From Thermoproteota archaeon (GTDB lineage Archaea; Korarchaeota; Korarchaeia; Korarchaeales; Korarchaeaceae), in contig JAVCBY010000014.1 in NCBI GenBank assembly GCA_037917625.1, forward strand, positions 1 through 28,454: a stretch of DNA of 28,454 nt, written 5' to 3'. The notes under the pieces are model-generated. The model was given only the letters and a program-made list of their open reading frames with translations. It was not told the DNA's origin and did no database searches. This document shows positions 9,129 through 19,118 of the stretch, in pieces. Each line of letters starts with the position of its first letter. The stretch's first letter is position 1. The position numbers were made by a program, and so were the translations under genes.

Positions 9129-9144
9129 TAATATAAACTTTTCG
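9129..9144 (-). promoter_or_regulatory. BRE/TATA promoter for APC permease 1
   Basis: The minus strand reads CGAAAAGTTTATATTA. Confidence 0.55.
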
Positions 9145-9350
9145 TTGAAACGATGGGAGCGGACTCTTACATCAATTATTTTCACAGAATTACTGAAATT
9201 AAGTTTTGAATAAGTGGTCATTTTGTAAAAATATTTATATATTACGGCTTTTGTATATAGATTTATTAAGATGTCTAATCAAACTTCGCTAATAGTTTAT
9301 GATGATCGCCGCCATAGTTTATTATATTCGGGGTCAGACCCCTCGATATT

Positions 9351-9977
9351 ATGAGGGGCGGGAAGGATATACTTGAGGACATCGCTTTCGTGATAGAAGC
9401 TACGGATTCCTATAGAGTGGGAAGGAACATAGACTTCAAGAAGGTCGAGAACGTCATGGAGAGGCTCTCCCCTAAGTTACCTGATATCCTAGATGGCGCC
9501 ACTAAGAAGAAATATAAGAAGACCGTGGACTTCATAACATCCCTTCCATTCAAGAATAAATCGATGAGGAAGTTCGCCCTCCTCTACATGTTATTCAGGC
9601 TCCTCCTCAGGGTCTCTTTGGTTGGCTTCCTCCTCTCCGTAGGCCTCATATTTTATGCACCCCCATACTCGACATCTATGCTCATAGCATCTACCTCCTT
9701 GCTCTACGCAGCTTTAGTGGGCAGATGGTACACTCTGACGAAGCTCCTCGAGTTCTATGAGAGGGAGATGAAGAATCAACCCGGAAAGGATGAATTTTTA
9801 AAAGAAATTGCGCAAAAGCTTATAGATGAGCTATCCTCTAGGATAGGGGAGCTCGGGATGAAGCCGAGTAAGTACAAGCTCCACTTATTCAGGAAGGATT
9901 ACTCGAGGGTGAGGATATTGAAGAGGCCCGGTTGGCTCCGGGATTATCATTTAGCGGAGGTTGAGATTAGTGGTTGA
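9351..9977 (+). CDS. Hypothetical protein with two central TM helices
   Basis: 208-aa ORF with host-like codon usage. TTTATTATA lies about 25-30 nt upstream, consistent with a leaderless transcript. Confidence 0.7.
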   Translation: MRGGKDILEDIAFVIEATDSYRVGRNIDFKKVENVMERLSPKLPDILDGATKKKYKKTVDFITSLPFKNKSMRKFALLYMLFRLLLRVSLVGFLLSVGLIFYAPPYSTSMLIASTSLLYAALVGRWYTLTKLLEFYEREMKNQPGKDEFLKEIAQKLIDELSSRIGELGMKPSKYKLHLFRKDYSRVRILKRPGWLRDYHLAEVEISG

Positions 9978-10746
9978 TTTCTCAATAATCCTTGAGAAGA
10001 ATGTCCTCAAGCTGGGGGAACCTATAAGGGGAGAGCTCAGGGGTGAAGTCCCGATACACGCTAGGTTATACGTGATCCTCTCCTCCCTCCTCTTCCCGGG
10101 AGCTGAGAGCATAGCTAAGGTCATGACGCTCCATAGGGAAGATCTGATTTTGAGGCAGGGGAGCTTCGAGATAACTTACCCTAAGGACCTTCCCCCCTCG
10201 ATAAGCGCTAGAGCTCATAGGATAAGGTGGGGGCTCCTCTTCGGGATACCAAGGCTCAAGGGGAAGTTCATGTTCCCGAGGAAGGATGTGAGGCTCAAGG
10301 TATACCCCGCGAGACCAGAGGTTATGAGGGAAAGCTGGTTGGATTTCGATAAGGAGTTTTACAGGTCGGATGATAGAGTAAGGGCGTTCATCAAGGAGAG
10401 GATAGATCCTAGCGGAGCTTTAGTTGAGCTCGAGGCCGAGGAATGGCTATCCTACAGGGGTGAGAGGAGAGTTCTTAGATATTTCCTCTCAGATGGAAAG
10501 GTATTCAGTGAGGGAGGTAAATTGATCGCTGAAGCTACTCTGCCCCACGACCCTACGACGGTTAAGGAGGTCTCTTTCTTCTTCCCATACACTTTCAGCT
10601 TCTCAAGAGGAGATTTGAGCTTCGGAGCTAAGGTTAACTTGGTGCTCACGACTAAAGAAGGGGAGAGGAGGGCTGAGGTCCCAGTATGGACTGGGGAGCC
10701 GAGGTATGGGAGAGCAGTGGAGGGGCCCAGAGGCCCCTTATTCTGA
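9961..10746 (+). CDS. Hypothetical beta-sandwich protein, possibly arrestin/SpoOM-like
   Basis: 261 aa. GEPIRGEL and FEITYPKDLPPSI...IRWGL resemble arrestin-N patterns. It overlaps the upstream gene. Confidence 0.55.
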   Translation: MRLVVDFSIILEKNVLKLGEPIRGELRGEVPIHARLYVILSSLLFPGAESIAKVMTLHREDLILRQGSFEITYPKDLPPSISARAHRIRWGLLFGIPRLKGKFMFPRKDVRLKVYPARPEVMRESWLDFDKEFYRSDDRVRAFIKERIDPSGALVELEAEEWLSYRGERRVLRYFLSDGKVFSEGGKLIAEATLPHDPTTVKEVSFFFPYTFSFSRGDLSFGAKVNLVLTTKEGERRAEVPVWTGEPRYGRAVEGPRGPLF

Positions 10747-12126
10747 TCAGACAGCCTCCACCAACGGGAGCTCCAGCTCAACCTTCTTTATTATTTTTGC
10801 GACTTCCTTGAACTTCTCTATCGTCGTCTCAACATCCTCCTTCGTGTGCTGCGTCGATACGGTCCATTGTTCATCAGGCCCGTAGTTCGGGAGGACTCCC
10901 CTGTTCATCATAGCTATCATGAAGAGCCACCACTTGCCCACATCTACCTTCTGGAAGCTCCTCCAATCTACCACCTCGTCCTTCGCGAATACCATAGATC
11001 CGCTGACCCCTATGTACTGGACAGTAGCCTCTATCCCCTCGTCATTTATTATATCGAGATATCCCTTGGCTAGCTCCTTCCCAAGCCTGCTCGCATACGA
11101 GAGGGCTTCCTCAGTCAGTATATCCCTTAAGGTAACGAGTCCAGCCCTTATAGCGACTGGATTCGCATTGAAAGTCCCTGCATGCGAGACGACACCGGGC
11201 ACTATGGTCTGCATGACCTCCTTCTTACCAGCGACTACTGAGAGCGGGAAGCCTCCGGCTATAGCCTTTCCTAAAGTCATGAGATCTGGCTTTACTTTGA
11301 AGTAGCCAGCAGCTCCTGAGTAGAACTTGCCGCCCGTCTTTATCTCATCGAATATCAGGAGGCAGTTGTACTCATCGCATATGCTCCTCAACCCCTCGAG
11401 GAATCCGGGCTTCGGTATGACGAATCCCATGTTCATCGGTATCGGCTCAAGTATTATTGCAGCTACATCATTCCCATGCTGCCTCATTATCTTCTCAACG
11501 CTCTCCAAGTCATTGAATTGAGCTACTAGCGTGTGCTTAACCACGTCCTCGAGCACCCCTTGGGAGCCCGGGACTTGGTTGGGGGTGATCGGATGGCCCG
11601 CTTTGTACTTACTCGGCTTCACACTAACTAAGAGGAAGTCGTGGCTCCCGTGGTAGCATCCCTCGAACTTCAGTATCTTCTTCCTCCCGGTGAACGCTCT
11701 AGCTATCCTCAATGCATGGAACGTAGCTTCTAGTCCAGTGGATTGGAACTTCATCATGTCGACTCTGTACCTATCTCTTATTATCTTAGCTAAATCTAGC
11801 ATCTCTTCGAACTCGAATCCGAATATAGTTCCCTCCTCTATCTTCTCCTTTATCGCTTCTATGAGCTTCGGGTGGCTGTGCCCTGTTCCGAGAGCTCCGA
11901 AGGCCATATTGAAATCTATGTACTCATTACCATCTGCGTCCCATATCCTGCTCCCCTTCGCCCTCTTCATGTATATCGGGTAGGGGTCTGCATACCTGTA
12001 ATTCGAGTTGACACCGAACGGGACCATTTGAGAGACTTCCTCAAAAATCTTCCCGGATTTTGGGGTTCTCTTCTTGAATAACTCGAGCTCCGAAGCTGGG
12101 ACCTTATCCAACCTAGTGTGGGACAT
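10747..12126 (-). CDS. Class III PLP aminotransferase, glutamate-1-semialdehyde aminomutase (HemL)-like
   Basis: PFGVNS, DADGNEYIDF, FEGCYHG, ILEP, IFDEIKTG, TLGKAIAGGFP and HAGTFNANP motifs. The start is ATG 12126 or 12141. Confidence 0.88.
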   Translation of the reverse strand: MSHTRLDKVPASELELFKKRTPKSGKIFEEVSQMVPFGVNSNYRYADPYPIYMKRAKGSRIWDADGNEYIDFNMAFGALGTGHSHPKLIEAIKEKIEEGTIFGFEFEEMLDLAKIIRDRYRVDMMKFQSTGLEATFHALRIARAFTGRKKILKFEGCYHGSHDFLLVSVKPSKYKAGHPITPNQVPGSQGVLEDVVKHTLVAQFNDLESVEKIMRQHGNDVAAIILEPIPMNMGFVIPKPGFLEGLRSICDEYNCLLIFDEIKTGGKFYSGAAGYFKVKPDLMTLGKAIAGGFPLSVVAGKKEVMQTIVPGVVSHAGTFNANPVAIRAGLVTLRDILTEEALSYASRLGKELAKGYLDIINDEGIEATVQYIGVSGSMVFAKDEVVDWRSFQKVDVGKWWLFMIAMMNRGVLPNYGPDEQWTVSTQHTKEDVETTIEKFKEVAKIIKKVELELPLVEAV

Positions 12127-12284
12127 AGTACTATGAGCCAACTAATTCTTTAAAAATGTTCCTATCAATTCCATTGAAATTCGATCGAGCAACAGTTAAG
12201 ATAGCTTCCTCTGGGATGCCTCTAGAGGGATCCTCCAACGGAAGGATTATATTCTCTTGAAGGGGGAAGAGGGTAGGTGAGTTC

Positions 12285-13079
12285 TTGCAGGAGGAAGTCT
12301 TGATCACAACTTTCATTAACATTATAATAGCCCTAATAGTCTTCTGGATAATAATTTCATTCCTTAGGGCAGCTTTGAGAGTTGTTAGGGAATATGAGAG
12401 AGCCGTGATATTCAGATTGGGCAGGTTGCTCGGAGCGAAGGGTCCGGGCCTCATATTCTTAATCCCCTTCGTGGATAAGCCGAGGATAGTCGATCTCAGG
12501 CTTTTGAGCTTCGATATACCGAGGCAGAGGATAATAACGAAGGATAATGTGACGGTAGATGTGGATGCGATCGTTTATTACAGGGTAGTTGACCCGATAG
12601 ATGCCGTCGTTAAAGTACAGGATTATATAACAGCGTCTAACTTCATAGCCCAGACGACGCTGAGGGATGTAGTCGGCCAGGTGGAGTTAGATGAGCTCCT
12701 TACTAAAAGGGATGAACTGGGCAAGAGGATACAGATGGTAGTTGATGAGATAACTGAGGGATGGGGGATAAAAGTGACTCAAGTCGCGATAAGGGACGTA
12801 GTCCTACCTGAGGAGATGTTGAGAGCTATAGCTAAGCAGGCGGAGGCTGAGAGGGAGAGGAGAGCCAGGGTCATAATGGCCGAGGGCGAGCTAATGGCAG
12901 CTCAGAAGATGTATGAAGCTGCTGAGTTTTATGCGAAGAATCCTAGTGCTATGAGGCTCAGGGAACTTCAGACATGGGTCGAGATAGCTAGGGAGAAGAA
13001 TATGATCATAATAACTGAGGGAGGAGCCTCCCCCTTAGCTTACGCTCTAGCTGCAGCGAGGAAGGAGGAAAGGAAATGA
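12285..13079 (+). CDS. Stomatin/SPFH (band 7) protein
   Basis: N-terminal TM, EYERAVIFRLGR, ITKDNV, AQTTLR and QAEAERERRA motifs; GGTGA SD. Confidence 0.95.
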   Translation: MQEEVLITTFINIIIALIVFWIIISFLRAALRVVREYERAVIFRLGRLLGAKGPGLIFLIPFVDKPRIVDLRLLSFDIPRQRIITKDNVTVDVDAIVYYRVVDPIDAVVKVQDYITASNFIAQTTLRDVVGQVELDELLTKRDELGKRIQMVVDEITEGWGIKVTQVAIRDVVLPEEMLRAIAKQAEAERERRARVIMAEGELMAAQKMYEAAEFYAKNPSAMRLRELQTWVEIAREKNMIIITEGGASPLAYALAAARKEERK

Positions 13080-14353
13080 GGAGAATCCTGATCATAATCT
13101 CCCTATTTTTGTTCATCCATGTTCTGAGCCTGGGAGCTGGTGGGAAGGTACTAGTTACGAATATAACCGGCTATATCTCACCAGCGACAGTTGAGCAAGT
13201 TAGATTAGCTGTGAGAACAGCTGAGAATGGATATAATGCCTTAGTCCTACAGATAAATACTTTCGGTGGGCAATCAGATGCTACATTTAACGTAATCGAT
13301 CTCATCTTGGCTTCTAAAGTCCCAGTGATAGGGTACGTTTACCCTGAGGGAGGTCAAGCCCTCTCAGCCGGCACTTACATACTGATGGCAACTGATTACG
13401 CTGTCATGTCGCCTTATTCCACGATAGGTTCAGCTCAACCCGTCGTCGGCTATACCCCTCTGAACGAATCGAAGTACTTGAATGCATATGCATCTAAGAT
13501 GAGGAGTTATGCCGCAATGCATGGGAGGAATCAGAGCGCAGCTGAGCTCTTGGTCCGCTCAAACCTAAACTTCATTGCTGATGAGGCTCTGAAAGCTGGG
13601 TTGATAGACTCAGTGGAGCAATCCCTGGACTCCCTCCTGGAGAGAGCTGATGGAAAGGTTGTGAGGAGAGGGGAGAGAGAATTCAAGCTTGAAGTTTACC
13701 CAGCGACCGTAGAGTACCTGGAGACCACTCCTAGGGTAGAGATAATGAGATACCTCTCCGATCCAGTGCTCTCGAGCATACTCTTCAGCATAGGGTTCAT
13801 GGCCCTCATAATAGGCCTCACTACACCGGGATGGGGAGCTGAGCTAGCTGGTATCGTGCTCTTATTGCTCGCGGTAGTTGGCATGGGGGTGAGCGTCGAT
13901 CTAGTCAGCTTGATATTGCTAGCTATAGCTGCCTCCCTATTCATAGCTGAAGTGAAGAAGGGCTTGCACGGATTAGGGGCAATTTCCTCCACAGCCCTGC
14001 TGATCCTAGCCATCTTGCTCATGATAGGGAGCCCGTGGAGGCCGGTCCTCATATCCTCGAGCTGGATGATAGAGACCTTCCTCAAGCTAATCCTCTCAGT
14101 GGGTGGCGTTGGCTTATTAATATCCTTGATATTCATGAAGGGCATAGCTGCCGTCTTGAGGAAGAGGCCTGTGAGCTGGCTGCCCACCGGTAAGGGAGTA
14201 GCTGTAGATGATATAAGCCCAGGAGGCGTGGGTTACATCAGGATATCTGGCGAGTTATGGAGAGCTACCTCTAATGAGGAGATAAGGAGAGGGGATACCG
14301 TAGAAGTCGTGGATAGGAAGGATAACTTACTGATCGTGAGGAAGGTCAGCTAG
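13076..14353 (+). CDS. nfeD: Long-form NfeD / STOPP membrane-bound serine protease (ClpP class)
   Basis: Signal peptide, INTFGG, ALSAGTYI (catalytic Ser), ESK..N...GRN, TM domain and C-terminal OB fold (GELWRA). Confidence 0.93.
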   Translation: MRRILIIISLFLFIHVLSLGAGGKVLVTNITGYISPATVEQVRLAVRTAENGYNALVLQINTFGGQSDATFNVIDLILASKVPVIGYVYPEGGQALSAGTYILMATDYAVMSPYSTIGSAQPVVGYTPLNESKYLNAYASKMRSYAAMHGRNQSAAELLVRSNLNFIADEALKAGLIDSVEQSLDSLLERADGKVVRRGEREFKLEVYPATVEYLETTPRVEIMRYLSDPVLSSILFSIGFMALIIGLTTPGWGAELAGIVLLLLAVVGMGVSVDLVSLILLAIAASLFIAEVKKGLHGLGAISSTALLILAILLMIGSPWRPVLISSSWMIETFLKLILSVGGVGLLISLIFMKGIAAVLRKRPVSWLPTGKGVAVDDISPGGVGYIRISGELWRATSNEEIRRGDTVEVVDRKDNLLIVRKVS

Positions 14354-14853
14354 CTCTCCATCAATTCCCTAAGGAGCCTCATCATCTCAGGCATAGCGTC
14401 AGGCCCAGTTCCAGTGATTATGTTCCCATCAGCTACAGCTTCCTCTTCCACTAAATATGCACCTGCATTCCTCAGATCGTCCCATATTGAGTGGAATCCC
14501 GTCACCTTCCTCCCCTTAACGACTCCAGCAGATATGAGGACCCAGGGAGCATGGCATACGGCAGCCACTAGCTTCCCCCTTTCCACAGCCCTCCTAACCA
14601 TCTCAAGTACTTTCTTGCTCCTCCTGAGCCTATCAGGAGCGTAGCCACCTGGTATCCATATGACATCGTAGACTTCAGCTAACTCGGGCTCAGCGCTAAC
14701 ATCGGCTTTCACCTCTAGGCCATGCTTACTCCTGTATGTCTTAGCCTCCGGGCCAACTAGATCCACCTGAAATCCCATCTCCTTCAGCCTGTAAAATGGA
14801 TATATCAGCTCCCTCTCATCGAATAAGTCCTCCACTAGGACAGCTGCTCTCAT
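14350..14853 (-). CDS. pfpI: PfpI/DJ-1 family intracellular protease/deglycase
   Basis: FDERELIYP, IPGGYAPDRLR and AAVCHAPW (nucleophile Cys-His) motifs. Confidence 0.93.
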   Translation of the reverse strand: MRAAVLVEDLFDERELIYPFYRLKEMGFQVDLVGPEAKTYRSKHGLEVKADVSAEPELAEVYDVIWIPGGYAPDRLRRSKKVLEMVRRAVERGKLVAAVCHAPWVLISAGVVKGRKVTGFHSIWDDLRNAGAYLVEEEAVADGNIITGTGPDAMPEMMRLLRELMES

Positions 14854-14949
14854 ATAGCTGCTGTGAAATTATAATTTTTAATCTTGATGCACACCGATAA
14901 TGATTATACCCATGGGGAGCGTTGAAAATTGTGAGTTAAAAAAGAGGGG

Positions 14950-16575
14950 TTATTCTGGCGGCAGGACCTTCCAAGCCAGATCTATATCTATACCCTCCCT
15001 CTTCCACTTCCACCTCCAGTAGTAGTACCAGAGCGCTCCGAAAGTCCAGAGGCCTATGAACCATGCTACAGCGAGCTCAGTGACTCCCTCCAATCCGGGG
15101 TTAGTGTAGAAGAAGTAGAGCAGGATCCCTATGTATATAAGATCCATTATGCCTCCTATCGTGATCAAGGGAACTGGACCTATCCTCCAATTCTTATAGG
15201 GGGAGGTCTCCCATATGGATCTCACATTCTTCCTGAATGGGAATATGGTCGCAGCTAGGGCGGTGACTCCCCATATGGAGACGCACTCAGTCGCTGTGAC
15301 AGCTAATCCTGCGAACCACTCAGGGAATATCGAGTAGAGCAAGATCCCTATCTCACTAGTTATGAACATGAAGGTGAGGTTCTTGATCGGCGATGCCCAT
15401 CTAGGATGTACCTCGGAGAACCACCTGGGCCCCATCCTGTCCATGCCCCAAGCGACTACTATCCTGCTGCCAGCTACGTATGACATAGGTATCCATATGT
15501 AATCCGCTAATATGAGAGAGAACGCAGCTAATGCTGCGATTATGATTCCTAGGACGTTGCCCGTGTCTATGAATACTCTAGTGACACCGACGAAGTTAGG
15601 TGGGAACGGCATGTTGTAACCATCGAGCTCAGCGTTATCAGCGATCGCTAGAGCCCTCATGAAATCCTCTCCCACTAGGCTCGGGAATATCACTGAGAAT
15701 ATCGTCGCTAAGATCGCAGGAACTATTATAGCTCCATATTGTGCTATCATTATGTTCCTCTGAGGCCTCTTCACCTCTCCCCCTATCACGTTGACCGCCC
15801 ATCCGTAATGGGCCCACCAAGAGTTCACCACCATCAAGCCTAAAGTCCCGAAGATTAGAGGAATTTCGGGATTGAATACCTCTGGGGCAGCATTCTTAGC
15901 TGCCTCTATCATCCCTTCATAATCCAATGAGCCGTACTTCGCTGCTGCAGCATTCCAAGCCGCTACGAATTCCTCATGAGAGTGTATGCCCAATATCAGG
16001 GCGACTAACCCGAGAGTTATCAATCCTAGGATCATAACAGTTTTCTGATGAACGAGATACCACCTGAGGCCGTAGAAAGTGAAGAGGTAGCCTAAGATAT
16101 TCACTATAGTTGCGACTGTGAACATCCCAACAGTCGTCCTCACCCACTCAGCGGCTTCTACCATATCCAACATACCGAATAAAGTAGAGAGGCCAGGGTC
16201 CGCGACCCAAGGAGCTAATATCACTATCCAAAGCCACCATATGAAGTAATCTCCAAAGCTCACAGCCATTCCAACAGCTGGATGTATTATCCTCGTATTA
16301 TAGACGTAACTTCCTCCACTTCTAGGCATAGAAGCTCCTAAGATTCCCCAAACTAGGGCGACGCCTGGTAGCGTGAATGCGACGCTGAGGAAGACTGAGC
16401 CTAACAAGTGACCTGATGGGAAGAGGAAAACTCCCCAGCTCAATAGCATCCATATAGCTATTGCAGGCCCCTGATTCAAGAATCCGAAAGCGAATGCATC
16501 TATCAAACCTGCTTCCCTTACTAGACCGCTCGCCTTCCTGGCGAAGACTTCTCTAGGCACTATCTCCTCGCCCAT
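14950..16575 (-). CDS. APC-family amino acid/amine permease 2
   Basis: FARKASGLVRE, MPRSGGSY, GGEVKRP and SRIVVAWGMDR motifs. Start at ATG 16575 with a GGAGGTG SD. Confidence 0.92.
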   Translation of the reverse strand: MGEEIVPREVFARKASGLVREAGLIDAFAFGFLNQGPAIAIWMLLSWGVFLFPSGHLLGSVFLSVAFTLPGVALVWGILGASMPRSGGSYVYNTRIIHPAVGMAVSFGDYFIWWLWIVILAPWVADPGLSTLFGMLDMVEAAEWVRTTVGMFTVATIVNILGYLFTFYGLRWYLVHQKTVMILGLITLGLVALILGIHSHEEFVAAWNAAAAKYGSLDYEGMIEAAKNAAPEVFNPEIPLIFGTLGLMVVNSWWAHYGWAVNVIGGEVKRPQRNIMIAQYGAIIVPAILATIFSVIFPSLVGEDFMRALAIADNAELDGYNMPFPPNFVGVTRVFIDTGNVLGIIIAALAAFSLILADYIWIPMSYVAGSRIVVAWGMDRMGPRWFSEVHPRWASPIKNLTFMFITSEIGILLYSIFPEWFAGLAVTATECVSIWGVTALAATIFPFRKNVRSIWETSPYKNWRIGPVPLITIGGIMDLIYIGILLYFFYTNPGLEGVTELAVAWFIGLWTFGALWYYYWRWKWKREGIDIDLAWKVLPPE

Positions 16576-17175
16576 AGAAGACACCTCCGACTGCTCCCCA
16601 GCTATTTAATAAGCTTTACTGTCAAAGGATTTTATGTATAAGAAAATTAAATAATTCCCGATTTTTTATAAATATTTTTAGGAGAATGATCATCATTTTA
16701 TATAATTTTTCAAGAGCTCGATCAGAGTGTAAAAATTGTTCGAGATAACTGGGAGGTATTCGTTTGAAGTTCAATAGGCTATCTCAAGAAGCTGAAAAAT
16801 ATATAGATAAATTTATGTATAGGATGCGGTCTCGCGGAGACCCCGAGCTCTACTGTCCCCGCTTACATATTTGTACAGCTTGAGGCGAGATTAACCAGTT
16901 CAAGCTCCTAAAAGCCTCATCTCAGGGCCCGGGGGATCTGAGAATCGATATCTTAGCCTTAAGTGAAAATGAGGGGTGATAACTCACTTAACTCAGAGTA
17001 TTATCTCTCAAATGAACTCATCCTCCTGTAAATTGAGCGCTCTAGTCCCTCTCAGAGTTATCAAAAGTAGCTTACCCCATCCTTATTTTTTTATATCTGT
17101 TAATAATATCACGAATATATTAAAAAAATACATTTATAAAACCAGAATTGATGAAATTTTTTCCCTATATAACGA

Positions 17176-17193
17176 GAGAAATATTTATATTAA
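17176..17193 (+). promoter_or_regulatory. BRE/TATA promoter for the hydrogenase operon
   Basis: AGAGAAATATTTATATTAA about 35 nt upstream of the hydB start, with GGGGGTG SD-like sequence in between. Confidence 0.5.
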
Positions 17194-17226
17194 AGGCTTT
17201 TCCATTTCCCTAGGGGGTGCTACTGC

Positions 17227-18237
17227 TTGCTCTATCTCGAAATGAAGAAGGACGACTTAGCGAATCTCATAGAGAAGTTAAGAAAATGGGGAGAGTTACA
17301 TGGTCCCATAAAGAAGGGCAGGTTTCATTCCTTCGAAAGATTCGATTCGATCGATGAGATCGATTTGAACTACACGAGGACAATGATACCACCTAAGAAG
17401 TACTTCACGAGGCCTAGGGAGGTTATGATGAGGGTGAATTTGAGGAAGGGATACGAACTTTTAGAGGAGGACCCGAAGAGGATCGTATTATTCGGCCTCC
17501 ATGCTTGTGATATAAATGCGATAAAGATAATGGACTCTATCTATATCGATGAGTTCCCAGATCCTTACTACGCTGAGAGGAGGAAGAACACCTTCATCGT
17601 AGGGATAAACTGCATTCCAGATGAGGAATGCTTCTGCAAATCCATGGGGACTGATTACGCTTATGACGGCTTCGACCTCTTCCTGCACGATATAGAGGAT
17701 GCTTACATAGTGAGAGTTGGAACGGGAAGGGGGCTCGAGCTCATAAGGGGCCTCGACTTGAAGAAGCCTGATAAGGATTCCCTCAAGAGGTTAGCTGATT
17801 TTGAAAGAAAGAGGAGCTCTATGTTCAAGAAAGAGCTCTTATCATCGCATCTCCCGGATATAGCAGATTCCCTCCATGATAGCGAAGCTTGGAAGGAATA
17901 CATAGATCGCTGCCTCGGCTGTGGATCTTGCACGCTAGTTTGCCCGACTTGCAGGTGCTACGATGTCTCAGAGTGCGTAGATCTGAGCATGGAGAGTGGG
18001 ATCAGGATGAGGAGATGGGACTCATGTTTCCTCAGGAGTCATGCACTCGTCGCTGGTGGCCTAAACTTCAGGCCCACTAGAGCGGATAGGTTCGTCCATA
18101 GGTACAATTGCAAGTCAGCGATCAACAGGGTCACCAACTTGCCTTACTGTGTGGGATGCGGTAGGTGCACCGTCTTCTGCCCAGCTGAGATAGATCACGT
18201 CGAGGTCTTGAACTCTGTCTGGGGGGTGGTGAGATGA
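17227..18237 (+). CDS. hydB: Group 3b [NiFe]-hydrogenase (sulfhydrogenase) beta subunit, Fe-S
   Basis: PPKKYF, FGLHACD, CFCKS, CLGCGSCTLVCPTCRC and CVGCGRCTVFCP motifs. Confidence 0.92.
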   Translation: MLYLEMKKDDLANLIEKLRKWGELHGPIKKGRFHSFERFDSIDEIDLNYTRTMIPPKKYFTRPREVMMRVNLRKGYELLEEDPKRIVLFGLHACDINAIKIMDSIYIDEFPDPYYAERRKNTFIVGINCIPDEECFCKSMGTDYAYDGFDLFLHDIEDAYIVRVGTGRGLELIRGLDLKKPDKDSLKRLADFERKRSSMFKKELLSSHLPDIADSLHDSEAWKEYIDRCLGCGSCTLVCPTCRCYDVSECVDLSMESGIRMRRWDSCFLRSHALVAGGLNFRPTRADRFVHRYNCKSAINRVTNLPYCVGCGRCTVFCPAEIDHVEVLNSVWGVVR

Positions 18238-19118
18238 TGCTTCAGGAGGAGCAATTCATACCAAAACCAGCTGAAATATTGGAAGTTGAGGATATGACGA
18301 GTATAGAGAAGCTCTTCCGCCTCAAATTCATCGATGAAGAGTTAGAGAGGGAATTCAACTACATGCCAGGTCAGTTCGTCCAAGTTAGCGTTTACGGGGT
18401 GGGGGAGACCGCTATATCTATATGCAGATCTAAGACGAGGCTCGGCCCCTTGGAGCTTCTAGTTAGGAGAGTTGGAAGGGTGACTAACGCGCTTCACAAA
18501 CTTAAGGAGGGAGATATCGTTGGAATAAGGGGTCCCTTCGGCAACTGGTTCCCAGTGGATGAGATGGAGGGTCATGATGTCCTCATAATATCTGGAGGGC
18601 TTGGCATGGCCCCTCTCAGGGGGGTCCTCCAGCACATCTTAGATAGAAGGGAGAGGTACGGAGAGGTCAACTTGCTCTATGGGGTCAAGGGATATGAGGA
18701 GACGCTCTTCAAGGAGGAAGTTTTAGCTCCCTTCAAGGGAGAAGCTGGCTTCAGGTCCTTCATCTCCTTCGAGAAGGATGATGAGTTCTATGAGAGTATG
18801 ATGAAGAGATATCCTCAGTTCATCAAGAAAGGGGTTGTGACAGTCCTATTTGATCTAGCGGAAAGCTACATAGATCCGAGCAATAGTTACGCTGTTGTAG
18901 CGGGTCCTCCAGTTATGTATAAATTCGTACTGAGGGAGCTGGATAAGAGGGGCTTCCCCGCCGATAGGGTTTACGTGACCTTGGAGAGGAGGATGAGGTG
19001 CGGGGTGGGGAAGTGCGGCCACTGCATAATAGGGGGAGCTAGCTCCATAGCTTATGTCTGCAAGGATGGGCCGGTCTTCTCCTATTTCGATATCCTCTCT
19101 ATTAGGGGGGCGATCTGA
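18234..19118 (+). CDS. hydG: Group 3b hydrogenase gamma subunit (FAD/NAD(P)-binding, [2Fe-2S])
   Basis: PGQFV, GIRGPFGN, GGLGMAPLR and LERRMRCGVGKCGHC...CKDGPVF motifs. Confidence 0.93.
   Translation: MMLQEEQFIPKPAEILEVEDMTSIEKLFRLKFIDEELEREFNYMPGQFVQVSVYGVGETAISICRSKTRLGPLELLVRRVGRVTNALHKLKEGDIVGIRGPFGNWFPVDEMEGHDVLIISGGLGMAPLRGVLQHILDRRERYGEVNLLYGVKGYEETLFKEEVLAPFKGEAGFRSFISFEKDDEFYESMMKRYPQFIKKGVVTVLFDLAESYIDPSNSYAVVAGPPVMYKFVLRELDKRGFPADRVYVTLERRMRCGVGKCGHCIIGGASSIAYVCKDGPVFSYFDILSIRGAI

Noticed and set aside
16860-16960. Possible TPP riboswitch (CTGAGA motifs on both strands)
   Set aside because: The CCTGA...TAAT..C.GCG.AGG core is absent and no thiamine gene is adjacent.
16976-17245. 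89-aa ORF upstream of hydB
   Set aside because: It is AT-rich with atypical composition and spans the promoter, so it is probably non-coding.
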